Shown piece by piece: positions 40,741 to 56,640 of a stretch of 64,000 bases of DNA. Below the pieces are notes generated by a model. The model searched no databases. It was given only the letters and a program-made list of their open reading frames with translations, and was not told the origin of the DNA. This stretch comes from Octopus sinensis (lineage: Eukaryota): assembly GCF_006345805.1 (NCBI RefSeq), contig NC_042999.1:91140001-91204000 (forward strand), given 5' to 3'. How positions within the stretch are numbered: position 1 is the first letter of the stretch; each line of letters begins with the position of its first letter. The position numbers and the translations under genes are program-made.

Positions 40741-41949
40741 TGAAGAAATAGGTTATACTTGGCCAATAATTCTATCACACCAAGTAATTTGTATTACAAA
40801 AAGTGTCGCTATATCGAAATGAAAGCCTCCTTTCACCTAAAAATTAACTACTCCAGGGCAAAAGAGGTTTGAAATGATTACACGTTAAAAATATTTTTAT
40901 TAGCTCATGAACTGAATTTTAAAGAACTTTAAAATTTTTAAAATTTCAATTTGCTCTTTTTGATGACACATTATTAGTGTGTTCATTTCCTATTTCTTTC
41001 TTTTCTACTGACCCTTATTCATGCATAATGTACATGGTAGAATTATAACGAAAGATCTTGTATTAGGCACTACATCATTTAATACTACTTAATATTGTTC
41101 AGAAAAACTGAAATTTACCATATCTGGTCTGATAAAAAGGATAATAGGTAAAGTCGACCTTCAGGGAATGTAAACTCAGAACGGCAAGATAGCGCTAATC
41201 ACTAAGTCCTGCTGGCTAACGATTCTGCCAACTCTCCGCCTTGAATAGGCTATAATAACAACATCAATACACGATTCGGTTTTTTCTTTGAATTAATTAT
41301 CGTAGAATGCCTACTTGAGCTCGTTCTTAAAAAAGCAAAATTCATGTAGAAGCTATCTTACTTACTCCACACCTCGATATCTTACTTACTCCACACCTTG
41401 TTAAAAAAGAAGGGATATCTCTTAATATGTTCAATAGGAGAAACTAGCTCTAATTAATAACATTATTCTTCGACAAAATTATAATCAAAAATTATCTATA
41501 GCACATTTATATAAACAATTATTATATCACTCATTCATATCACTTTTTCTAACTGTCATTTGACTTATTCAATACAGAAAAGATTTTAGTTGACCTTGCA
41601 CGACTGCTACATAAGCTTAGTACATGAACATGGACCAATCAATATGTACATCGACGGATAGCATTCTGAGCCACATTGCTAATTTTAAAACACTGTTTTT
41701 ATAACAATAGTCGGATTAGACGTAATTCGTGACATGTTTCCTTATAGAGTCTTGAAAATCTAATGTGAAACCGGTCAAATGATTTCTTATATTTTAAAAT
41801 TCAGTTAAATCTAATTAATTCTAATAGATTCTGTGCATTTTCAACTTCAGTTCCTCTACTCCTCCGCTTGTTTGGATTAACAACATTTTTCTGTATGTAT
41901 ATAACATTATAACTCAGTTCCCTATGACTTTAATAGTTGTAGGCGCGTA

Positions 41950-42290
41950 GGACGAACCCATCACATCGGATAACAGGAGTGTAACAGATTTAAGACAATT
42001 CAAGATAACTGTCTGAGAAAGCTGTTGAAAATCACCTGGCAAGACAAGGTTCGAGCTGATTTGCCAAGCATTTATACATTGCTTAAGAGAGTGTAGGTCA
42101 GGCAGGCAGATCACCTTGTTCAAATGCCTGACACACAACTCCCCCAAAACCTTTTACAGCGAATTGGTAGAAGGAAAGCGAACACAAGGTGGACAGAAAA
42201 AACGCTTCAAAGATACACACAAAGCCTTATTGATGTGATCCAATACCAGCAAAATGCAAGCACAGGACAGCCCTGCCTCACATAGCTTTA
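41950..42290 (+). mobile_element. RTE-clade LINE 3' ORF fragment
   Basis: CLRKLLKITWQDKV, ADLPSIYTLL, HLVQMPDTQLP, FYSELVEGKRTQGGQKKRFKDT (RTE C-terminal motif). Confidence 0.8.
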
Positions 42291-42320
42291 CTATTGACAA
42301 CGATGGATAAACATTATATA

Positions 42321-42687
42321 GGCGCAGGCGTGGCTATATGATAAGAAGTTTGATTCAGAACAGTATGGTTCGAAGTTCAATCCCGCTGCGTATCTACTAT
42401 ATCCTTGGCCGGATCAAAGCCTTGTAGGGCGGGTGGGGGGAACTGAAAGAAACCCTTGTGTATGTTTCTTTTTGCGTTTGTCTATCACCACCACTTGACT
42501 ATTGGTGTTGATTTGTGTATATCACCCTAACTTAGTGATTCCGCAAAGGTGACCGATAAAATACATACCAGTTTTAAAACAACAAAGTACTTGGGTTGAT
42601 TTTTTCGACTAAAATTTCTTCAAAGCGGTACCGCTGGATGGCCACAGTCAAATAGCTGAAACAATCGAAAGATAAAATATATAAAAG
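42321..42687 (+). mobile_element. tRNA-derived SINE, family B, full length, diverged
   Basis: GGCGCAGGCGTGGCT...GTTCAATCCC head, with the body and CAGTCAAATAGCTGAAAC tail of family B. Confidence 0.8.
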
Positions 42688-44399
42688 ATGAGCATCCGAC
42701 TAAAATGGAATAAGTCTAACCATTTATCATTGCCATTGGATTTGATTATTATCAGTTGTTTCAAATAAAGTGTATTGGATCGCGTAATATTCCCAGCATT
42801 CAATCAACCTTAAACATCCAGAGGTTCACAAGAATTAAAGATAGTAAATACTATATTATACCATCGGCACTTATAGTACAAAAGCAAGTGCGGAATCACT
42901 AAATAGGAAGTGATTGGTCTAACACATATAACAAGGGGATTTTAGCAATGCGGAGCTACTAGATTAATCCGGTTTTGGACGTGATACTGATATTAAATTC
43001 TAAATCTGTGGGCGCTTATTCGTGCTATAAGTGGTAATCTCTGAAACATGGACTTGAATTTATGCCAAAGCGAAACAAATATCTTAAGGTTCGCTCAGCG
43101 ATTGATTCATCATTATAATAGCTTTGTTATTTCCTCCGTGACTAAAAGAACTATTCACTTTGTAAGCAGGCATGACCATGATTGTTTCACTCAGACAGTT
43201 GTGGACAAAATAAATGAAAGAAAATTGTGTCTTGTAGCTGTTTACTTGAATACAACCTCCTTTGATCTTTGTCTCAATATCTTAATGACTAGATCGTACA
43301 AAATTCTCTTGTGGTTTTATTGAAAAACAGTTATTATTGCCTGTTTTGTATTGAGAATTATTTTCCAAGCGACAGAATCTGATATATCACAACAACCACC
43401 ACTACTACTATAACAACAACAACAACAATAGTAATAATAATCACCGTTACACGCTCATATATATATAATAAAATGTATTCAGAACTGTTAAAAACGCGCA
43501 GGGAGATGAAAGAAAATTATATAAAATCGAGAGTAGATATAAAAAAATCTCGCACAATACATTAAAATATATTAATAATCTTTTTAAATTCTGGAAAATA
43601 ATTAAATGAATATATTATACACAGATGTAAACTAAAAGAGATATTGATAAAGCATAAAGAAAAATAATCAATCCATCGACTACTGTTGCGAAGTCTCAAC
43701 CTCTTCTTGGCTGCTGCTCAATGTATTGCCAACTGGAGTGCTTAAAAACGCTCTGAAGCGTATTTTACGTTAGAGAAGACTAAGAGCATCGTTCTTTCTT
43801 TAGGAACATCTACTTTGATATATCATTGATATTGAGTTTTATCTTCAGTAGCGATCTATCTTCTGTCTCATAAAACCCAGCCTATATCTTTTTATTCATC
43901 ATAGTTAAATTTCAGAATGCCGCATTTGTCTTCACAGTCACGTTGCTTGTTCGCAGAACAGGGAGCTACAATAAATTGTTGGCCTCACTCCCATTACTAT
44001 CACCTCATCGACCTAGAATATGAACAAAAGGGACGGCGCAAATAAATTGTTCACAAGAGTAAATAAATGAAAAATAAGAGCACAAATCGGCTCTTAATAC
44101 CACTCATATTACAGTTTAGCTTTCTGAGTCATCCACAATCGCATTGCTTTCCCCTCTGTAACTACAATGATAGACAATAGCACTCAGAGAACGTAAATCT
44201 CCGCCAGGGCAACACCAACGTCATCGTTTTTTATTGCCCACAAGAGGTTAAATATAAAGGTTATACATTACAAAGACAATACAAAACATAAAATCGAGGA
44301 AACAAAATTACAAAAAGAAATCGAGCAAGGAAGAAAAATTAAAAAAGAAACGAATGAAATTATGAAAATGATAAAATGAGGCGCAATGTCCACTCGGCC

Positions 44400-45600
44400 C
44401 CCAAAGTCGAGTGGTTACATTTAGACATCATCTTGGACAGTTTTTCTCTTTTTTTTTCCCTTTTTTTAAACAAAAAGTTCACATATTCATCATTTTTTAT
44501 ATTGTTCATATCATCCATTATATTTTTCTTTAAAATTTCTCAACTCTTCATATTCCACCAGCCCGTCAATCATAGTCACCAATACTCTATGTGAATCCAT
44601 GAATATTTCGTATCTTTCTTCATTCAAGAGAACACATATTTCATTCTCCATGAATTTCTCCCCGGGCAGCTTTACCCTTACAAATCCCTTCTACTTGGAT
44701 GTTCTCCTTTCTACCTCTACACACTTTACGCAGTACTCTAAGAATGTCTTATGTTTAAATTCTTTCTCTCTTGGCTCTGTCTCTACTGTATGTGTATGCT
44801 CGAGTTTAGGCGGCTCCTTACTTTCTGGGGCATCCTCTCAGTTTCTGCTGCTGGTCCCTGCGAATGCTCTCTTTATTTCGCCTTGTTTCCTTTTGATGCT
44901 GACAAACACGTCAATCCCCTTCATTGCCGCTTTCGTTCTGTCTTCCTTCGTCTTTACTTCTTCTGCATCTCTGACACACTTTGTATCGCTCTTGCCATCT
45001 CCGTCTTTCTTTCGATTTGTACTCCAATCTCCACTTCTTGGTCCCTTTCCACAGTCTTCCCACTCGGAGGATGCTCATATCCGGGGCACCACATCCACAC
45101 ACGGCTTCCACCCAACACTCGCAACAATCGGGCCGACAACTCTCAGCAACCACCTCGAGGAATCCCCTCCCGCAATCTCCACCTGGCAGGGGATCGCTTC
45201 CACGTCCTCGAAAGTGGCAAAAGCCACAGCCCGATGCTCATCCCTCATCCCATTGGTCCCAACTCGGGATTCCCCCGGTGGAATCTTGAACAGCTGCCAC
45301 CAACCACCCCGTCTCCACCTCCGGCAGCACCTCACTACTCGAAACCGAACACCGCGCCTGTCCCCACACGCGGGCTGCAGCCCCAGCCCGTTGGAGCGCA
45401 GAATAGCGGCGGAACGCGAGGCTGACCCCTCCCCGGCAGCAAACCCCACCTCCACAGTGCCATACGCCCTCTTCGGCCCACGAATGCTGCCCCTTATTAG
45501 GGGTCCCGAGCACTCCCCCACACCAACCCGACAGGACCTCCATCCCACCGGTGGCGACCGCCCGCGTGCGGCTGACCATCGTCCCACAGCTCCCACCGCC
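44400..45600 (-). mobile_element. Degenerate gag-like ORF1 of a non-LTR element (L1/Tx1-like)
   Basis: Minus strand YGTVEVGFA, FATFEDVEAIPCQVEIAGG..EVVAESCRP and a degenerate zinc knuckle C-x2-C-x4-(H>R)-x4-C, followed by a charged low-complexity C-terminus with stops. No ORF2 follows. Confidence 0.5.
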
Positions 45601-45977
45601 GACCGTCACCTCCAGAGGGACCAGCCCCACTGCATCTCCCTCTCCCTGCACCAACTACATACTTCCCACGACATCGTCCACATTAACTCTCATCCACCCC
45701 ACCCCCACCGCAGCAGTCCCCGCACAGCTCCCCACAATGAAAAGCCAACCGCTTCACCCCAACAATGGGGAGAAAAACAGCAAAAAATCACAACAGCAAC
45801 AAGAACAACCACGCACGATTCGCCCCAACAACATCCAACAGCAACAAAAATAACTTCAACAATGGATAGTCCTAAACAGATTACCCTCAACAACCATTAT
45901 CTATCTGTCTATGTCTAACTATCATTACATATATATATATATATATATATATATAGTAGTTTAACGCAGGTATAATA

Positions 45978-46546
45978 TATAAGTTACGGGGACGTAACAA
46001 CACCAACATTGTCAAGCGATGGTGGGGGGGACAGACAGAGACACAAACAGCTATTTATCTCTCCTTCCTCCTTGTTATCACCATGCCAGACTACAGATCC
46101 TACCTTCTCACTCTTCACCAACGCCTAAAACTGCCTCTGCTTACTCCCTTCCACTGCTTTCAGTCGTCCATTAACCTCTCTTTACTCATTTTCAAAAAAA
46201 CTTTTGAAGAGAAAAAAGAAAGGAAGAGTCGCCATGATAGATCGTTAGCCACTACACACATTTTCTCTCCTTGTTTCTCTCCTAGTTTTTTGTGTGTCCC
46301 TTTCTGTAGAAGAGCGTAGGCTCGAAACGTAAAATACTTTTTCTATTTCTGAGCGTTTACTAAACATCTGTTTGTTTTATACACCACTGCCTTCGTCTTT
46401 TGATTATCTCGTAAACTCTCCCTATATATATACAACGTTTTTCTTTCAGCTTCAGTCTACTAACTCCACTCACAAGGCTTTGGTCGGCCCGAGGCTACAG
46501 TAGAAGACTGAACCCGGAACCATGTGTTTAGGAAGGAAGCTACTTA
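45978..46546 (-). mobile_element. SINE family B interrupted by a Penelope-type repeat fragment
   Basis: SINE middle at 45978-46060 (AAGTTACGGGGACGTAA..TTGTCAAGCGATGG) and SINE head at 46435-46546 (TTCTTTCAG..GAACCCGGAACCATGTG), with unrelated sequence between them. Confidence 0.7.
46065..46430 (+). mobile_element. Penelope-type terminal-repeat fragment with a degenerate hammerhead
   Basis: CTGTAGA-A-GAGC[GTAG]GCTC-GAAAC-GT...GCGT-T at 46304-46357. Homologous to 38135-38290. Confidence 0.6.
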
Positions 46547-47674
46547 TATATATATATTCTGTGCATATATGCATATCTGTGTTTTGTGCGGTGTTTTGTT
46601 GTGTGCAACATTTGAATATATATGTGCGCACGCACATATTTTAAAGAACTTTAAAATTTTTAAATTTTTAAAATTCAATTTGCTCTTTTTGATGACACAT
46701 TATTAGTGTGTTCATTCATTTCCTATTTCTTTCTTTTCTACTGACCCTTATTCATGCATAATGTACATGGTAGAATTATAACGAAAGATCTTGTATTAGG
46801 CACTACATCATTAATACTACTTAATATTGTTCAGAAAAACTGAAATTTACCATATCTGGTCTGATAAAAAGGATAATAGGTAAGTCGACCTTCAGGGAAT
46901 GTAAACTCAGAACGGCAAGATAGCGCTAACACTAAGTCCTGCTGGCTAACGATTCTGCCAACTCTCCGCCTTGAATAGGCTATAATAACAACATCAATAC
47001 ACGATTCGGTTTTTCTTTGAATAATTATCGTAGAATGCCTACTTGAGCTCGTTCTTAAAAAAGCAAAATTCATGTAGAAGCTATCTTACTTACTCCACAC
47101 CTCGATATCTTACTTACTCCACACCTTGTTAAAAAAGAAGGGATATCTCTTAATATGTTCAATAGGAGAAACTAGCTCTAATTAATAACATTATTCTTCG
47201 ACAAAATTATAATCAAAAATTATCTATAGCACATTTATATAAACAATTATTATATCACTCATTCATATCACTTTTTCTAACTGTCATTTGACTTATTCAA
47301 TACAGAAAAGATTTTAGTTGACCTTGCACGACTGCTACTAAGCTTAGTACATGAACATGGACCAATCAATTGTACATCGACGGATAGCATTCTGAGCCAC
47401 ATTGCTAATTTTAAAACACTGTTTTTATAACAATAGTCGGATTAGACGTAATTCGTGACATGTTTCCTTATAGAGTCTTGAAAATCTAATGTGAAACCGG
47501 TCAAATGATTTCTTATATTTTAAAATTCAGTTTAATCTAATTATTCTAATAGATTCTGTGCATTTTCAACTTCAGTTCCTCTACTCCTCCGCTTGTTTGG
47601 ATTAACAACATTTTTCTGTCTGTATGTATATAACATTATAACTCAGTTCCTATGACTTTAATAGTTGTAGGCGC

Positions 47675-48015
47675 GTAGGACGAACCCATCACATCGGATA
47701 ACAGGAGTGTAACAGATTTAAGACAATTCAAGATAACTGTCTGAGAAAGCTGTTGAAAATCACCTGGCAAGACAAGGTTCGAGCTGATTTGCCAAGCATT
47801 TATACATTGCTTAAGAGAGTGTAGGTCAGGCAGGCAGATCACCTTGTTCAAATGCCTGACACACAACTCCCCCAAAACCTTTTACAGCGAATTGGTAGAA
47901 GGAAAGCGAACACAAGGTGGACAGAAAAACGCTTCAAAGATACACACAAAGCCTTATTGATGTGATCCAATACCAGCAAAATGCAAGCACAGGACAGCCC
48001 TGCCTCACATAGCTT
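47675..48015 (+). mobile_element. RTE-clade LINE 3' fragment (duplicate of 41950-42290)
   Basis: Near-identical copy in the second duplication unit. Confidence 0.8.
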
Positions 48016-48047
48016 TACTATTGACAACGATGGATAAACATTATATA

Positions 48048-48413
48048 GGCGCAGGCGTGGCTATATGATAAGAAGTTTGATTCAGAACAGTATGGTTCGA
48101 AGTTCAATCCCGCTGCGTATCTACTATATCCTTGGCCGGATCAAAGCCTTGTAGGGCGGGTGGGGGGAACTGAAAGAAACCCTTGTGTATGTTTCTTTTT
48201 GCGTTTGTCTATCACCACCACTTGACTATTGGTGTTGATTTGTGTATATCACCCTAACTTAGTGATTCCGCAAAGGTGACCGATAAAATACATACCAGTT
48301 TTAAAACAACAAAGTACTTGGGTTGATTTTTCGACTAAAATTTCTTCAAAGCGGTACCGCTGGATGGCCACAGTCAAATAGCTGAAACAATCGAAAGATA
48401 AATATATAAAAGA
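48048..48413 (+). mobile_element. SINE family B (duplicate of 42321-42687)
   Basis: Near-identical copy in the second duplication unit. Confidence 0.8.
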
Positions 48414-50119
48414 TGAGCATCCGACTAAAATGGAATAAGTCTAACCATTTATCATTGCCATTGGATTTGATTATTATCAGTTGTTTCAAATAAAGTGTAT
48501 TGGATCGCGTAATATTCCCAGCATTCAATCAACCTTAAACATCCAGAGGTTCACAAGAATTAAAGATAGTAAATACTATATTATACCATCGGCACTTATA
48601 GTACAAAAGCAAGTGCGGAATCACTAAATAGGAAGTGATTGGTCTAACACATATAACAAGGGATTTTAGCAATGCGGAGCTACTAGATTAATCCGGTTTT
48701 GGACGTGATACTGATATTAAATTCTAAATCTGTGGGCGCTTATTCGTGCTATAAGTGGTAATCTCTGAAACATGGACTTGAATTTATGCCAAAGCGAAAC
48801 AAATATCTTAAGGTTCGCTCAGCGATTGATTCATCATTATAATAGCTTTGTTATTTCCTCCGTGACTAAAAGAACTATTCACTTTGTAAGCAGGCATGAC
48901 CATGATTGTTTCACTCAGACAGTTGTGGACAAATAAATGAAAGAAAATTGTGTCTTGTAGCTGTTTACTTGAATACAACCTCCTTTGATCTTTGTCTCAA
49001 TATCTTAATGACTAGATCGTACAAAATTCTCTTGTGGTTTTATTGAAAAACAGTTATTATTGCCTGTTTTGTATTGAGAATTATTTTCCAAGCGACAGAA
49101 TCTGATATATCACAACAACCACCACTACTACTATAACAACAACAACAACAATAGTAATAATAATCACCGTTACACGCTCATATATATATAATAAAATGTA
49201 TTCAGAACTGTTAAAAACGCGCAGGGAGATGAAAGAAAATTATATAAAATCGAGAGTAGATATAAAAAAATCTCGCACAATACATTAAAATATATTAATA
49301 ATCTTTTTAAATTCTGGAAAATAATTAAATGAATATATTATACACAGATGTAAACTAAAAAGATATTGATAAAGCATAAAGAAAAATAATCAATCCATCG
49401 ACTACTGTTGCGAAGTCTCAACCTCTTCTTGGCTGCTGCTCAATGTATTGCCAACTGGAGTGCTTAAAAACGCTCTGAAGCGTATTTTACGTTAGAGAAG
49501 ACTAAGAGCATCGTTCTTTCTTTAGGAACATCTACTTTGATATATCATTGATATTGAGTTTTATCTTCAGTAGCGATCTATCTTCTGTCTCATAAAACCC
49601 AGCCTATATCTTTTTATTCATCATAGTTAAATTTCAGAATGCCGCATTTGTCTTCACAGTCACGTTGCTTGTTCGCAGAACAGGGAGCTACAATAAATTG
49701 TTGGCCTCACTCCCATTACTATCACCTCATCGACCTAGAATATGAACAAAAGGGACGGCGCAAATAAATTGTTCACAAGAGTAAATAAATGAAAAATAAG
49801 AGCACAAATCGGCTCTTAATACCACTCATATTACAGTTTAGCTTTCTGAGTCATCCACAATCGCATTGCTTTCCCCTCTGTAACTACAATGATAGACAAT
49901 AGCACTCAGAGAATGTAAATCTCCGCCAGGGCAACACCAACGTCATCGTTTTTTTATTGCCCACAAGAGGTTAAATATAAAGGTTATACATTACAAAGAC
50001 AATACAAAACATAAAATCGAGGAAACAAAATTACAAAAAGAAATCGAGCAAGGAAGAAAAATTAAAAAAGAAACGAATGAAATTATGAAAATGATAAAAT
50101 GAGGCGCAATGTCCACTCG

Positions 50120-51330
50120 GCCCCAAAGTCGAGTGGTTACATTTAGACATCATCTTGGACAGTTTTTCTCTTTTTTTTTCCCTTTTTTAAAACAAAAAGT
50201 TCACATATTCATCATTTTTTATATTGTTCATATCATCCATTATATTTTTCTTTAAAATTTCTCAACTCTTCATATTCCACCAGCCCGTCAATCATAGTCA
50301 CCAATACTCTATGTGAATCCATGAATATTTCGTATCTTTCTTCATTCAAGAGACACATATTTCATTCTCCATGAATTTCTCCCCGGGCAGCTTTACCCTT
50401 ACAAATCCCTTCTACTTGGATGTTCTCCTTTCTACCTCTACACACTTTACGCAGTACTCTAAGAATGTCTTATGTTTAAATTCTTTCTCTCTTGGCTCTG
50501 TCTCTACTGTATGTGTATGCTCGAGTTTAGGCGGCTCCTTACTTTCTGGGGCATCCTCTCAGTTTCTGCTGCTGGTCCCTGCGAATGCTCTCTTTATTTC
50601 GCCTTGTTTCCTTTTGATGCTGACAAACACGTCAATCCCCTTCATTGCCGCTTTCGTTCTGTCTTCCTTCGTCTTTACTTCTTCTGCATCTCTGACACAC
50701 TTTGTATCGCTCTTGCCATCTCCGTCTTTCTTTCGATTTGTACTCCAATCTCCACTTCTTGGTCCCTTTCCACAGTCTTCCCACTCGGAGGATGCTCATA
50801 TCCGGGGCACCACATCCACACACGGCTTCCCACCCAACACTCGCAACAATCGGGCCGACAACTCTCAGCAACCACCTCGAGGGAATCCCCTCCCGCAATC
50901 TCCACCTGGCAGAGGATCGCTTCCACGTCCTCGAAAGTGGCAAAAGCCACAGCCCGATGCTCATCCCTCATCCCATTGGTCCCAACTCGGGATTCCCCCG
51001 GTGGAATCTTGAACAGCTGCCACCAACCACCCCGTCTCCACCTCCGGCAGCACCTCACTACTCGAAACCGAACACCGCGCCTGTCCCCACACGCGGGCTG
51101 CAGCCCCAGCCCGTTGGAGCGCAGAATAGCGGCGGAACGCGAGGCTGACCCCTCCCCGGCAGCAAACCCCACCTCCACAGTGCCATACGCGCCCTCTTCG
51201 GCCCACGAATGCTGCCCCTTATTAGGGGTCCCGAGCACTCCCCCACACCAACCCGACAGGACCTCCATCCATCCCACCGGTGGCGACCGCCCGCGTGCGG
51301 CTGACCATCGTCCCACAGCTCCCACCGCCG
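50120..51330 (-). mobile_element. Degenerate gag-like ORF1 (duplicate of 44400-45600)
   Basis: ORF 50675-51325 (-) contains GTVEVGFA and RPDCCECWVGSRVWMWCP. Confidence 0.5.
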
Positions 51331-51652
51331 ACCGTCACCTCCAGAGGGACCAGCCCCACTGCATCTCCCTCTCCCTGCACCAACTACATACTTCCCACGA
51401 CATCGTCCACATTAACTCTCATCCACCCCACCCCCACCGCAGCAGTCCCCGCACAGCTCCCCACAATGAAAAGCCAACCGCTTCACCCCAACAATGGGAG
51501 AAAACAGCAAAAAATCACAACAGCAACAAGAACAACCACGCACGATTCGCCCCAACCAACATCCAACAGCAACAAAAATAACTTCAACAATGATAGTCCT
51601 AAACAGATTACCCTCAACAACCATTATCTATCTGTCTATGTCTAACTATCAT

Positions 51653-51688
<36 letters not shown>

Positions 51689-51784
51689 TTAACGCAGGTA
51701 TAATATATAAGTTACGGGGACGTAAACAACACCAACATTGTCAAGCGATGGTGGGGGGGACAGACAGAGACACACAAACAGCTA

Positions 51785-52170
51785 TTTATCTCTCCTTCCT
51801 CCTTGTTATACCACCATGCCAGACTACAGATCCTACCTTCTCACTCTTCACCAACGCCTAAAACTTGCCTCTGCTTACTCCCTTCCCACTGCTTTCAGTC
51901 GTCCATTAACCTCTCTTTACTCATTTTCAAAAAAACTTTTGAAGAGAAAAAAGAAAGGAAGAGTCGCCATGATAGATCGTTAGCCACTACACACATTTTT
52001 TCTCTCCTTGTTTCTCTCCTAGTTTTTTGTGTGTCCCTTTCTGTAGAAGAGCGTAGGCTCGAAACGTAAAATACTTTTTCTATTTCTGAGCGTTATACTA
52101 ATACATCTGTTTGTTTTATACACCACCTGTCTTCGTCTTTTGATTATCTCGTAAACTCTCCCTATATATA
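51785..52170 (+). mobile_element. Penelope-type repeat fragment with a degenerate hammerhead (duplicate of 46065-46430)
   Basis: CTGTAGAAGAGCGTAGGCTCGAAACG at 52041-52066. Confidence 0.6.
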
Positions 52171-52409
52171 TACAACGGTTTTCTTTCAGCTTCAGTCTAC
52201 TAAATCCACTCACAAGGCTTTGGTCGGCCCGAGGCTACAGTAGAAGACTGAACCCGGAACCATGTGTTTAGGAAGGAAGCTACTTATATATATATATGTC
52301 TGTGCATATATGCATATCTCTGTGTTTGTGCGTGTTTTGTTGTGTGCACATGTGAATATATATGTGCGCACGCACATGTGTATATGTGTGTGCGAGTGTG
52401 TGTATTTGT

Positions 52410-52475
<66 letters not shown>

Positions 52476-54256
52476 GCGTGTGTGTGTGTTGCGCGTAGCA
52501 CATTCCTAGCGATCTAATCTGAAGCACAGACAGCTCAATAAATATTTAACAACTTTAGGATATTCAGAACTGCGATATTAGTTTACATACTTAATCTGTT
52601 TACATTTCGAAATGAAATATTTTCATGATAAATATTGAAGAACGTTAAACACTCGGAAGTATCATAACAAACAATCATAAAGGAAAATACCTATATAGAA
52701 ATAGGACAAGATCTCTTTCTGAAAACCAAGCTTGCAACTTTTAGTATAAATTCAATATATTAACATACATTAAATGTTTATAACAGTAAACAAAATACCT
52801 TACCAAAAGGAGTGACTGAGTTTATAAGCACAGGACACGCCTTGTTTGTTTCCTCTTTTGCTACGAGCAAAACCAAACTCTCTACATTGTAAGTTGTTTT
52901 CGATTTTTAATGAGCCACGATGTCTCTCAAATGTTGTTAGCTGGATCTATTTTTGGGATTTTGCAAAAGTCAGTATCTTTTTTGTGTACAATTACTGTCA
53001 TCTCCTCAGAACACAAAGTATTTCTCTTGTTCTTTAAATCATACAGGCGTTCCATTACGTCGCTCTTACTAAACTCTGTTCTGATTTTCCCATGAGATGG
53101 TGGTCTTTTCGCATGAAAAACTTTCAGCCCCTTATGTTTCTACAGTTCGTTTTCATTCTATTTTACCTATTTTCTACTTTTCCTTTCTGTGTTAGTTTCC
53201 CACCATTTTCCAGCGTACTTTTTCTCCCAATCGCCACAAGATGACGAGGTGTAAATGCTGCTCGGAGAGGGGCTTATAATGAAAGAGAAGATACCTTGCG
53301 ATTTTCACAGTTTAATCAAACTTGCTTCGCTATACAAACCCGATAGGACTACATGTTGTGGGTAACATCCGCATGCTCCTTTAGTCTACACTGTGCCGTG
53401 ATACCAAAGGTCAGTATCACTAGCTCTATCTCTGATGATGGCTTTTGTGTTTCTTTTTGTTATACACATTGAGATATGTAGCCCATGACATGCACTTTCT
53501 TTTCACCTCATCTTCAGTCAGTTTTAAGCATTCTTCAATGAAAAGAGCACTTTTCGTCCCACACATTGGCCTGGTTTATCTCTCACTATGTTTTCGAAGA
53601 TTTACAGGAAATCAACACGCCGCTTTTAAAACAAATGTAAGACATCTTCCTATTCGTCCTTTCCTGGATAAATTCGCTATGAAAAGTAACATATTTTCGA
53701 TATACTTCATCTGCATCTGCTTTTTCCTCTTGTGCTATCAAGGAGTTATTTGTGACAACTTAGCAAAAGATAGAATGTTGTTGAGGTGGTGGCAGCAGTG
53801 GAGAAGTTCTTGATGTTATTTATGCTCGTTATAGTTATTTCGACGATACTATTCTTGTCTGTGTCTTCTATTTTGCAATTGAAAGCTCTGTTCAAATTTT
53901 TACACGCTCTGTTTTTTAATCTATTTTGAATATAATTTGGAGGCGTGTTTGTTTACATTATTGATGCAACTCCTACTACCATTGTATTGAGCATCTCTTT
54001 CTTTCTGTTATTTCTGAAGCTGTTTTGAACAGCAAACAACAACAATACAAATGACAATTAATTTGTGAAAAAATATATAAGTAGGTTTAAATGCCAATAG
54101 GCAGACCTTTCAATACGGAAGGTTATATTAAATATATAAAACGATCCAATTATTAAAATGGGAAAGAAAAACAAAATTTTCTCAATAAGATAGCGCATTT
54201 AAAACATTACTTTCCCCAGCAGTTGAGCTATAGACGACAGTTGGTTTGAAGTTTCA

Positions 54257-56301
<2,045 letters not shown>

Positions 56302-56341
56302 GAATAATAATAATAATATAATAATAATAATAATAATAATA

Positions 56342-56396
<55 letters not shown>

Positions 56397-56407
56397 TAAT
56401 AATAATG

Positions 56408-56455
<48 letters not shown>

Positions 56456-56494
56456 TAATAATAATAATAATAATCTCCACTACAATTGAAAATG

Positions 56495-56640
56495 GCCCGA
56501 AATTTGGGGGAGCAGGATAGTCTAATTACATCGACCCCAGTACTTGACTGCTTCTTATTTTATCGGCTCCGAAAGGATAGCAGGCAAAGTCGATCTCAGC
56601 GGAATTTGAACTCAGAACGCAAGGACGGATGAACTGCTGT
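56495..56640 (-). mobile_element. SINE family C fragment
   Basis: AAAGTCGATCTCAGCGGAATTTGAACTCAGAACG is the antisense of the family-C B-box region. Confidence 0.8.

Larger units (their letters stand above)
40916..52377. repeat. Tandem duplication of a ~5.73-kb unit (40916-46637 and 46638-52377)
   Basis: Both units start ATTTTAAAGAACTTTAAAATTTT and end TATGTGCGCACGCACAT. Content is colinear, and differences are mostly 1-4-nt indels. Confidence 0.97.

Noticed and set aside
45050-45750. CpG-island-like promoter
   Set aside because: The GC richness is explained by the transposon ORF1 sequence, and there is no adjacent host exon.
44599-45918. 439-aa plus-strand ORF (and the 369-aa ORF at 50472-51581)
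   Set aside because: Ser/Pro/Leu-rich antisense shadow of the minus-strand gag-like ORF. Its frame is not preserved between the two duplicate copies.
53100-53850. Possible TE or gene remnant (122-aa ORF at 53445-53813)
   Set aside because: No recognisable domain motif on either strand, and the minus frames contain multiple stops.
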